Part shown: positions 10,662 through 19,048 of the stretch, one piece after another
Position numbering within the stretch: the stretch's first letter is position 1
Layout: each line of letters opens with the position of its first letter
Origin: Bdellovibrionota bacterium
GTDB lineage: Bacteria; Bdellovibrionota; UBA1018; CAIPTA01; JAALKR01
NCBI GenBank assembly: GCA_965207455.1
Contig: CBDBMJ010000001.1
Coordinates: 1,632,001-1,696,000 of the forward strand
Reading direction: 5' to 3'
Length of the DNA: 64,000 nucleotides
Position numbers and translations under genes: made by a program
Notes under the pieces: generated by a model
The model's database searches: none
Seen by the model: only the letters and a program-made list of their open reading frames with translations
Told to the model about the DNA's origin: nothing

Positions 10662-10695
10662 ATACAGAGTGCTACTTCTTAGTAGCACTCTGTAT
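10662..10695. terminator. Perfect 15-bp hairpin (terminator-like; U-tract on the minus strand)
   Basis: ATACAGAGTGCTACT-TCTT-AGTAGCACTCTGTAT. Confidence 0.65.
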
Positions 10696-10824
10696 TACGA
10701 AATGAGTGTGTTGTTCTTGACTAACTGAAGGGTCAGTGTTTGACTATTCATTCAGTATAAATAGTTTTAATTTATTTGCAACAGTCTTTAATAAAATATT
10801 TAAAATAATTTAAAAAAAAAAATT

Positions 10825-12015
10825 TTAATGTTTAAAAGTGGGGTCCGGAAATCCTTTTAAGTGGTTATCCACAATTTTTACAAACTTTTCAGTGAAGATT
10901 TCTCTAGAAAAATGTAACGCGTGGTCGCGGCAATCCTTATTTTGAAAAGATAATTCCCCTGTCTCTAATTTCCTTACACTTTCCATAAGTGATTCCACAC
11001 TTTGTTCTGGAAATAATATGCCGGTTTTTTCTGTAACAGTGTCTAGTACACCGCCGGCGCCGTATGCAATAACAGGTCGTCCACTGGCCATGGATTCGAG
11101 AGGAGTAATTCCAAAATCTTCTAGGCCGGGAAAAATAAGAGCTTTGCTTTGTTGGTACAGTGGGGTAAGTTCCTCATTGGAAAGTTTTCCTAAAAATTCA
11201 ATGTTAGTGCCGTTTGTACGAGAGGCTATTTTTTTTAAACGCTTCTCATCCTGCCCCCCACCCACAATTTTTAATGGAAGGTTTAATTGCTGGAACGCTT
11301 CTATAGCTAAGTCGATACGTTTGTAGGGAGCGAAGGCAGAAACGACTAAATAAAAATTATTTGGCTCCGCATTGTCTCCAACATAAGGGAAGCGATGGAT
11401 GTCTGCAAAGGGAAATAAAACGGTAGACGTACGGTCCCAATATTTTTTTATCCGATTTTGTATAAAGTGGGAGTTGGCAATGAGGTGGTGCACATTTTTT
11501 GTGGAACTTTTGTCCCACCGTTGCAGGGGTTTTCTTAATAGGTTAGCGAGTACGATAGTGGGGTAGTTGGTACTTTGGGTATTGAAGTAATCGTGGAACA
11601 TGTCCCAGATATAGCGCATAGGTGTGGATATATAGGAAATATGAATGGCACTAGGGCGCACCTGCACAGCCTTTGCCACACAATGGCTGTGACTGAGAAC
11701 CATGTCGTAAGAGGAAAGATCAAACGTAGAAATGGCGTGGGGAAAGAGGGGGAGCATCTTGCGATAGGATTTGGAGATTCCCCCAAAGCGCATACATTTT
11801 TGTAGGTAGCTGGTATGTACCTTACGTCCATTTAAAATATTGGGACTCATTTTTTTATCTGTCCACAGGAGAGTGTAGAGATCCGCATTAGGAAATAATT
11901 CACAAATTACATCTAGGATGGCTTCCCCACCGCGCATTCCCGTAAGCCAGTCATGAACGATGGCCACTCTTCCTTTTTCTTGTGTCCATGGGGGAAGAGA
12001 AAATTCTCTAGGCAT
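10825..12015 (-). CDS. Glycosyltransferase family 4 (GT-B)
   Basis: VAIVHDWLTGMRGGE, YKRIDLAIEAF and EDFGITPLESMASGRPVIAY. Confidence 0.92.
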   Translation of the reverse strand: MPREFSLPPWTQEKGRVAIVHDWLTGMRGGEAILDVICELFPNADLYTLLWTDKKMSPNILNGRKVHTSYLQKCMRFGGISKSYRKMLPLFPHAISTFDLSSYDMVLSHSHCVAKAVQVRPSAIHISYISTPMRYIWDMFHDYFNTQSTNYPTIVLANLLRKPLQRWDKSSTKNVHHLIANSHFIQNRIKKYWDRTSTVLFPFADIHRFPYVGDNAEPNNFYLVVSAFAPYKRIDLAIEAFQQLNLPLKIVGGGQDEKRLKKIASRTNGTNIEFLGKLSNEELTPLYQQSKALIFPGLEDFGITPLESMASGRPVIAYGAGGVLDTVTEKTGILFPEQSVESLMESVRKLETGELSFQNKDCRDHALHFSREIFTEKFVKIVDNHLKGFPDPTFKH

Positions 12016-13318
12016 GATTCTTTTCCTTCCTCTTTTTTGTTTGGGCTTGTAGGGCAAGCACAAGGGTAATCCATAGCATTAAGCCGTGATGGCTCTTGGC
12101 ATCGAAAAAATTCACTTGAGTGAGACCGTTTACTTGAAAGGAAAGGCCGCCGACTAACAGAGCAGCGGGTAGCCATCGTTCTGATAGCGGTGTTTTTTTA
12201 TAGATTTCCCAAATAACATAAAACAGATAAGCCCACCATGCGAGGAAAGCCAGAAGACCCAGCAGCCCCATGGTGGAAAATATTTCTAAGATATTGTTAT
12301 GGGCATTGCTACTAAACGCTCGTTGTTTCTTAAATGCTTTGATGGCATAGGCGTTGGAGTAGTGGGTGGATTGTCCAAAGCCTATACCGAGTAAGGGACG
12401 ATCTTTGGCCATCTCCAATGCATTTTGCCACATATATATTCTGTTCCAGCCGAAGCCACTATGGAAGCGATCGCTCACGGAGGGCACTGTTTCCCAAAGA
12501 AGAGCTCCTAGTAGCACAAGGCCTGTCGACACGATAAGGGCTCTTTTAGGGCTCTTTAGGAGAAAGAGAGCTATGGTGCAAGCAAACAGGGTGACCCAGG
12601 CTATGCGGGAGTAGGATAGGAAGAGAGCCACTCCGACAATAAGTGCCAGCACTCCCCATGACTTTCTCCAAAGCGGGGAGTCGTTAGGGCGTTTCCAAAG
12701 AAATCGAGCAAGAGCATAGCAGTAGGAAAAACTAAGGGTGGAGGCAAAGGCTAGGTGAAACAAGAAGAGTCCTTGGGCGTGGGAGTAGCGTGCCTGTGTA
12801 CCTTGTATCGTTCGGAAAAACAGGGGGACTTTCTTGTTTACTTCGTGAACAAATTCTGCTCCGAAAATAGCTCCAGCAAAGAATTGAAAGATACCTACTA
12901 GGGCAGCAAATAGGCTTGCCCAGAAGATCACATTCCATAGGGGGTGATCTTCCAGTGAGGTTTTTTTCATGGCGACAAGGCAAATGAGGCACCAGGCAAA
13001 GGCAGGGGCAATGAGAAAATAAAGGAATTTTTTTAAAAAATATGGTGGGAGGATGGGGTCTCCAAAGGGGGGGGACCACCAGGCGTAGAGTAAGCTAAGA
13101 ACAGCAGAAAGAACGAGCAGGGCAGTAAGTTTCCAGTAGGTGGAGGGAAAGAGAAGGGGGGGGTATAGGGATTGTTTTTCTCGATACAGGAAGAAAAGGG
13201 TGACGAGGAGAAGGAGGATGCCGCTAATTGTCATTGCGAACATAAATGTAAGCGTGGCTCCTACCCATAGGAGTAGGCTCCACTGCCATAGTCTGCTTGC
13301 TTGGGGGGACAATTCCAT
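12008..13318 (-). CDS. O-antigen ligase family (Wzy_C) membrane protein
   Basis: Multiple TM segments, SYSRIAW, RIYMW..RPLLGIGFG and AHNNILEIFSTMGLLGL. Confidence 0.88.
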   Translation of the reverse strand: MELSPQASRLWQWSLLLWVGATLTFMFAMTISGILLLLVTLFFLYREKQSLYPPLLFPSTYWKLTALLVLSAVLSLLYAWWSPPFGDPILPPYFLKKFLYFLIAPAFAWCLICLVAMKKTSLEDHPLWNVIFWASLFAALVGIFQFFAGAIFGAEFVHEVNKKVPLFFRTIQGTQARYSHAQGLFLFHLAFASTLSFSYCYALARFLWKRPNDSPLWRKSWGVLALIVGVALFLSYSRIAWVTLFACTIALFLLKSPKRALIVSTGLVLLGALLWETVPSVSDRFHSGFGWNRIYMWQNALEMAKDRPLLGIGFGQSTHYSNAYAIKAFKKQRAFSSNAHNNILEIFSTMGLLGLLAFLAWWAYLFYVIWEIYKKTPLSERWLPAALLVGGLSFQVNGLTQVNFFDAKSHHGLMLWITLVLALQAQTKKRKEKNHA

Positions 13319-13362
13319 GTCTCCCAAAATTATACAATTTGTGGTATTTGTCTACTGGTTAT

Positions 13363-13932
13363 ATGGGATGGTTTAGAAAGGTGCAGTTTATTTTTTTCCT
13401 ATGCTTCCCCCTACATGTATGGGGGAGTGCAGTGCCCTTGCCCCCAAAGCCTCAGGACAGTTCTTCCTGTAATGAGGAGTATATGAAGTTATCCAGTGGC
13501 GTGGCTGGGTGCAACTGGTTGGTGACGTATCGTAACCGTACCTATGATTTATATCCATTAACTCGGTCGAATTTGTCCCGTCCATTGAAGAGAGGAATCC
13601 GTTCTATCTTACATAGTGTGCCCAAGGCGCGCGGGCATATGGAGAGAGCAGAGCGATCGATTCAGGAGGCCAAGGAGTATGGCAGGTGGGCCAGTCTTGG
13701 TTTATTGAGTCTTGCGGGTATGCAATTGGCCTATGCTTCCAGTGATTATTTACAGGAGGAGCTGAAGGTGGTGGTTTATCCTCTTTCCATTGTTTCGGGT
13801 TTAGTTTTTCTTCGTTCTGCGATTTTAGGTTGGAGGAGGAATCAGGAAACAAAAGAGGAGTTAGCGTTAGCGGTGCAAACATTTAATGCTGAAAGTAGGG
13901 AGCCCATTTTGCCCTATAAAGGAGATCCGTAG
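13363..13932 (+). CDS. Hypothetical exported/membrane protein
   Basis: Signal-peptide-like N-terminus and two C-terminal hydrophobic helices; ends 4 nt before carB. Confidence 0.65.
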   Translation: MGWFRKVQFIFFLCFPLHVWGSAVPLPPKPQDSSSCNEEYMKLSSGVAGCNWLVTYRNRTYDLYPLTRSNLSRPLKRGIRSILHSVPKARGHMERAERSIQEAKEYGRWASLGLLSLAGMQLAYASSDYLQEELKVVVYPLSIVSGLVFLRSAILGWRRNQETKEELALAVQTFNAESREPILPYKGDP

Positions 13933-13936
13933 GCAT

Positions 13937-16900
13937 ATGCCAAAGCGTAGCGACATACATTCTGTATTAGTAATTGGTAGTGGTCCCATTGTGATTGGTC
14001 AGGCCTGTGAGTTTGATTATTCTGGGAACCAGGCTTTGCGAGCGTTGAGGCAGGAGGGTTGCCGTACGATTTTGGTAAATTCCAATCCAGCCACTATTAT
14101 GACGGATCCAGATTCTGCGGACGTGGTGTATATAGAGCCTCTCACGGTGCCATTTCTAGAAAAGATATTAGAAAAAGAGCGTCCCGACGCAATTTTATCG
14201 ACGATGGGAGGGCAAACTGCGCTCAACCTAGCGGTTCGTTTGGAAGAAAAAGGAATTTTAAAAAAATATGGAGTGGAGCTTCTGGGTGCGAATGCTGAAG
14301 TGATTAAGCGAGCAGAAAATCGGAGTGAGTTTCGGAAGATTATGTTGGATGCGGGAATTTCTGTTCCCAAGAGTTGGTTAGTGCATTCTTTGGAGGAAGC
14401 GGAGTCTTTATTGACTGAGGATACATTTCCTCTTATTTTGAGGCCATCTTTTACTTTAGGTGGAGAGGGTGGTGGTGTTGTATACGACAAAAAATCCTGT
14501 TTTTTAGCTTTAGAAAAAGCTTTAAAAATTTCTCCAGTCTCTGAGGTGTTGGTGGAGGAGTCACTCATTGGTTGGAAAGAGTATGAGTTGGAGGTGGTTC
14601 GAGATTCTAAGGACAATGTAATTATTGTTTGTTCCATTGAGAATTTGGATCCCATGGGTGTGCATACAGGCGACAGTATTACGGTTGCTCCTGCACAAAC
14701 GTTGACAGATGGAGAATACCAGCGACTACGGGATCTGGCCATCACCGTTGTTCGTTTAATTGGTGTGAACACGGGGGGAGCTAATGTGCAATTTGCGGTG
14801 GACCCCAAGACGGATCGTTATGTGGTGATTGAAATTAATCCCAGGGTTTCCCGATCGTCGGCCTTAGCGTCCAAGGCAACGGGTTTTCCCATTGCAAAGG
14901 TTGCTGCTCGTCTAGCGTTAGGTTATACATTGGACGAGTTAACGAACGACATTACGAAAATTACACCTGCCAGTTTTGAGCCGACCATGGACTACGTGGT
15001 GGTAAAAATTCCTCGCTTTGACTTTGAGAAGTTTCAAAAAGCCACGCCCTTTCTCAACACCACCATGCGATCTATTGGGGAAGTCATGGCCATGGGTTCT
15101 ACCTTTAAGGAGGCTTTTTTAAAAGCGCTTTCTGGTTTAGAGACGGATCAAACCTATTTAATGCCCACAAAGTTCGACGAGGATCCCAGTGCCACCGATA
15201 CTGAGTTATTGGAATTTTTATCCCGTTCCCACCACCGGAGGGTTTTTTATTTAGCCAGTGCCATTCGTAGGTCGATTCCTTTAAAAACTCTCCAGGATGT
15301 AACGGGAGTGGATCTGTGGTTTTTATCCCAATTCTCAGAAATTATTGCCATGGAGAAGGGTCTTAAAGAATTAAAAACATTGGATGTGTTTCGTACGGAT
15401 CCAGGATTATTAGCCAGGGTGAAGTCCTATGGATTTAGCGACCACGCTCTTTCCCATATTCTTGGCGTGGAGGAAGCGGATATTCGCACCCTTCGACACA
15501 AATTAAATGTTCGCCCCCAATATTTGCCTGTGGACACTTGTGCCGCTGAGTTTGAAGCCTTCACTCCCTATCTTTATAGTACCTATGGTAATTGGCAAGA
15601 GCCGGGTAGTGCGCACTCCACTGCTGTGGAATACCCGCCGGTGAGTGAGAAGCAGGAAAAAACGGTGATCATTCTTGGTGGAGGCCCCAATCGTATTGGT
15701 CAAGGTATTGAGTTTGATTATTGTTGTGTTCATGCTTCTTTGTCGTTACAGGAGGCCGGTTATCATGTGGTTATGGTTAATTGCAATCCGGAAACGGTGA
15801 GCACGGATTTTGATATTTCCAATCGTCTATACTTTGAGCCGTTAACAGCGGAGTCCGTGCTAGAGATTGCTTATATGGAAAATCCCAAGGGGGTAGTTGT
15901 GCAGTTTGGGGGGCAGACACCGTTGAACATTGCCCGCACATTGGAGCAGGAGGGGGTTACCATTTTAGGCACTTCCGTGGATTCCATCGATTCCGCAGAG
16001 GATCGGGATCGTTGTCAGGATTTAGCTAGAAATTTTGGTTTGAAGATTCCAGAAAACGGTACTGTTTCTTCTATTCGTGAGGCATTGGTATTGGCAAAGC
16101 GTATTGGGTTTCCTGTTTTAGTTCGACCCAGTTATGTGCTCGGAGGTCGAGCCATGCACGTTTTATATTCAGAGTCGTCGTTAGAAACGTTAGCCCAGGA
16201 GGCGTTTACCATATCGCGTGGTTCGCCCCTGTTTATTGATCGTTTTTTAAATAACGCCACAGAGGTGGACGTGGACGTGCTTTGTGACGGAACAACTGCC
16301 GTGGTGGGTGCAGTGATGGAGCATATTGAGAAGGCAGGGATTCATTCCGGAGATTCTTTTTGTGCCATACCGCCCTTTTCCCTTTCACCGCAGATGAGTG
16401 AGCGTATTCGTGGTGCTGCTCGGGAACTTGCCTTTGCGTTTCAGGTAAAGGGTTTAATGAATGTGCAGTTGGCAGTTCAGGGAGAGGATATATATCTTAT
16501 TGAGGTAAATCCCCGGGCTTCCCGAACGGTTCCCTTTGCTAGTAAGGCTATTGGAGTTCCCATGGCAAAGATAGCTGCCCAGTTATTATTAGGAAAGCCC
16601 CTTTCCTCTTTTCAATTGCCTGCGGCTTTAGACGAGACACCTGCCCTATATAGTGTAAAGGGCCCCATCTTTCCTTTCGACCGTTTCGATGCGACGGATC
16701 CGATACTAGGGCCAGAGATGCGCTCCACGGGAGAGGTTATGGGCAGGGACACGAGCTTTGGTTCTGCCTTTGTAAAATCTTTGCTTGCCAGTAATGTGAT
16801 TATTCCATCGTCGGGCAATGTATTTTTATCCGTCCGTAACGAGGACAAAGATGCCCTATTGGGTGTGGCTAGGGAATTGAGCAGTCGAGGGTTTTCTATT

Positions 16901-17188
16901 TTCGCTACCTACGGCACCCATTTCTTTTTAAAGGACCATGGAATTGAGTCTTCCCATATTCTTAAGTTACAGGAGGGTAGTCCCAATTGTGTGGAGGAGA
17001 TTCGAGCCAATCGGTATGCATTGGTGATTAATACTACCAGCGACGAAAAAGCAGTTCAAGATTCCTATACAATCCGTCGGTCTGCTCTTGAGACAAAAAC
17101 GCCTTGCTTTACAACTATTTCTGCAGCAATAGCAATGCTCAAGGCATTGGAAGCCAATGAAGAAGAGATGAAAGTAAGTGCTTTATGA
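13937..17188 (+). CDS. carB: Carbamoyl-phosphate synthase large subunit
   Basis: [30 protein letters not shown], two ATP-grasp halves ([24 protein letters not shown]) and an MGS domain. Confidence 0.98.
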   Translation: MPKRSDIHSVLVIGSGPIVIGQACEFDYSGNQALRALRQEGCRTILVNSNPATIMTDPDSADVVYIEPLTVPFLEKILEKERPDAILSTMGGQTALNLAVRLEEKGILKKYGVELLGANAEVIKRAENRSEFRKIMLDAGISVPKSWLVHSLEEAESLLTEDTFPLILRPSFTLGGEGGGVVYDKKSCFLALEKALKISPVSEVLVEESLIGWKEYELEVVRDSKDNVIIVCSIENLDPMGVHTGDSITVAPAQTLTDGEYQRLRDLAITVVRLIGVNTGGANVQFAVDPKTDRYVVIEINPRVSRSSALASKATGFPIAKVAARLALGYTLDELTNDITKITPASFEPTMDYVVVKIPRFDFEKFQKATPFLNTTMRSIGEVMAMGSTFKEAFLKALSGLETDQTYLMPTKFDEDPSATDTELLEFLSRSHHRRVFYLASAIRRSIPLKTLQDVTGVDLWFLSQFSEIIAMEKGLKELKTLDVFRTDPGLLARVKSYGFSDHALSHILGVEEADIRTLRHKLNVRPQYLPVDTCAAEFEAFTPYLYSTYGNWQEPGSAHSTAVEYPPVSEKQEKTVIILGGGPNRIGQGIEFDYCCVHASLSLQEAGYHVVMVNCNPETVSTDFDISNRLYFEPLTAESVLEIAYMENPKGVVVQFGGQTPLNIARTLEQEGVTILGTSVDSIDSAEDRDRCQDLARNFGLKIPENGTVSSIREALVLAKRIGFPVLVRPSYVLGGRAMHVLYSESSLETLAQEAFTISRGSPLFIDRFLNNATEVDVDVLCDGTTAVVGAVMEHIEKAGIHSGDSFCAIPPFSLSPQMSERIRGAARELAFAFQVKGLMNVQLAVQGEDIYLIEVNPRASRTVPFASKAIGVPMAKIAAQLLLGKPLSSFQLPAALDETPALYSVKGPIFPFDRFDATDPILGPEMRSTGEVMGRDTSFGSAFVKSLLASNVIIPSSGNVFLSVRNEDKDALLGVARELSSRGFSIFATYGTHFFLKDHGIESSHILKLQEGSPNCVEEIRANRYALVINTTSDEKAVQDSYTIRRSALETKTPCFTTISAAIAMLKALEANEEEMKVSAL

Positions 17189-17475
17189 AGTGTTACCACT
17201 GTGGGAGTGCTCTTAGTCGAGGAGACGAAGCACAATGGAGCCGTCGAGATACTTGTTCCCATTGCCACCAGGACGTGCGCATCTGTAAAAATTGCTCATA
17301 CTACGACGAGAGTACTTACAACGAGTGCACAGAAAGCCAAGCAGAGCGTGTATTGGATAAAGAAAAAGCAAATTTTTGCGACTGGTTTCGTCCAAGCATT
17401 GTAAAAGCAGGGAAAAGCAAAGAGACTGGTGATGACAGCAGGCAATCCGCCGAATCCTTATTTAAGAAAAAATAA
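17185..17475 (+). CDS. Small Cys-rich (zinc-binding) hypothetical protein
   Basis: CYHC, CSHC, CKNC and two further Cys; ATGA overlap with carB. Confidence 0.8.
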   Translation: MKCYHCGSALSRGDEAQWSRRDTCSHCHQDVRICKNCSYYDESTYNECTESQAERVLDKEKANFCDWFRPSIVKAGKSKETGDDSRQSAESLFKKK

Positions 17476-17547
17476 AAATAATTATTGACCCAATGTATTA
17501 ATTATGAAATAGTGCATAAAAACGCTCAGGCAAAGGAGATAAAGAAA

Positions 17548-18249
17548 ATGATAAAAGTAAAAAATATAGCAGCAATACTCACAATGGCTCTTGTTATAGC
17601 ATTGCCAACACTTGGATATGCCAATGATAGTGCGGATCTTGCATCGCTTGAAAAAAGCCTTGCAACAGCTAAAAGTGCACAAGCCGCTAGAGTAGCTGAA
17701 TATCGAAATGCATTCTATGTAATTGATTTAGAACTAGAACGTATTAAAGACGGTGAGATAAAGATTGGAACGCTTGAAAGAAGAATCGAACTAGCAGAAA
17801 AGGGTGATAGGAATGCTCTCAACGATGGCTATAAGCTGAATTTTGTGGATCAAAATATTGTAGATCTTGGAGCAGAATATCTGAAAGCTAGAGAAAGCTT
17901 TTCCCGCAGGCAAGATATATATATAGATTATTCGTGGCTTTCTGGTTTCACACTGGAAAACATACTTAGAGTTAAAAGGGAAAGTTCCGCACGTAAAGAA
18001 AAGTACGAGCTAGCTAAAGATCGCAGAGATAATCCAGGGTCACCCTCGATTAAAATAGAGGCGAAAATAATCTTAAAATCTCTTGTTAAAGGTTTTATTC
18101 CTGAAAATTATGATTACTGGAAAAATCAATATAAGGATAGTGAAATAATCTTATATAAGATAGTAAATACTTTGTCCCGTGAACTCAGCAAAAATATTAG
18201 AGAAAATGGCAGCATGGACGAAGGATATGAAACAATGCTCTGTAAATAA
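17548..18249 (+). CDS. Hypothetical secreted helical protein
   Basis: AAGGAG RBS, signal peptide MIKVKNIAAILTMALVIALPTLGYA; AT-rich. Confidence 0.7.
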   Translation: MIKVKNIAAILTMALVIALPTLGYANDSADLASLEKSLATAKSAQAARVAEYRNAFYVIDLELERIKDGEIKIGTLERRIELAEKGDRNALNDGYKLNFVDQNIVDLGAEYLKARESFSRRQDIYIDYSWLSGFTLENILRVKRESSARKEKYELAKDRRDNPGSPSIKIEAKIILKSLVKGFIPENYDYWKNQYKDSEIILYKIVNTLSRELSKNIRENGSMDEGYETMLCK

Positions 18250-18342
18250 ATTGAATAGCGGCAACGTTTATTTTATTAATTAGGGCAAAGAGGTATCTAA
18301 AGGTTCTCTAATAGAAACGCCTTCTTTAGAAATAGAGAAGGT

Positions 18343-18915
18343 TTAGTTTTTTTGAAATACGGAGATACCTGCTGGTCCTTGTGTCCGGTGGGAATGGAGA
18401 GAGAAGGATGGAGGTGGAGCAATTTCTTGTTGAGGATCGTGCTCGAGAACAAGGATGGCTTTGGGAGAAAGAAAGGAAGCGCTATCCACTAATTGTAGAA
18501 ATTTATCCCAGTGGGGATATTCGTATGGTGGATCAGCTAGAACAAGATCCACGGGGAAGGATTTTTTGAGTTGAGGAAACGCAGCCCATATATGCTTTGC
18601 CATGATGGTTACTCGATCGTCGCAGCGGAAGTGTGTCACATTTTTCTGTATGGTGTCTAAACTTTTTTGACTATTTTCCACAAAAGTACAGTGTTTTGCA
18701 TTTCGACTGAGGGCCTCAAATCCTAATGCTCCACTGCCAGCAAAAAAGTCAAGGCAATGCCATTGCGCACAGTCTGGAGTTTCGCCTTGCTTTATACGCA
18801 GGGAATTGATAATTCCAAAGATGCACTCACGCACCCGGTTTGTCGTTGGGCGAACGAGTTCGGTTTTGGGACGCTGGAACTTTTGACCACACCAGTCTCC
18901 ACCAGTAATTTTCAT
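18343..18915 (-). CDS. rsmD: 16S rRNA m2G966 methyltransferase
   Basis: MKITGG..VRPTTNRVRE, LDFFAGSGALGFEALSR and DLVLADPPY. Confidence 0.93.
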   Translation of the reverse strand: MKITGGDWCGQKFQRPKTELVRPTTNRVRECIFGIINSLRIKQGETPDCAQWHCLDFFAGSGALGFEALSRNAKHCTFVENSQKSLDTIQKNVTHFRCDDRVTIMAKHIWAAFPQLKKSFPVDLVLADPPYEYPHWDKFLQLVDSASFLSPKAILVLEHDPQQEIAPPPSFSLHSHRTQGPAGISVFQKN

Positions 18916-18952
18916 TCCCCCGTATTACCACAAGGGGCAATGTAGTGCGACG

Positions 18953-18998
18953 ACTTATTTTTTCCACATCACATTAACTTATTTTTCTACATCACATT
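18953..18998 (+). repeat. Tandem 22-23-bp direct repeat in a divergent promoter region
   Basis: ACTTATTTTTTCCACATCACATT and ACTTATTTTTCTACATCACATT. Confidence 0.8.
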
Positions 18999-19048
18999 TG
19001 TCCGTCTTCGTGATACAATTCATCGTTGTACAGCATGGAGTATTTAGT

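Noticed and set aside
14017..14808. 263-aa minus-strand ORF, and similar shadow ORFs elsewhere
   Set aside because: Antisense to carB, with no motif or RBS support.
13937..17188. carB without adjacent carA
   Set aside because: Unlinked carA and carB genes are common; not informative from one window.
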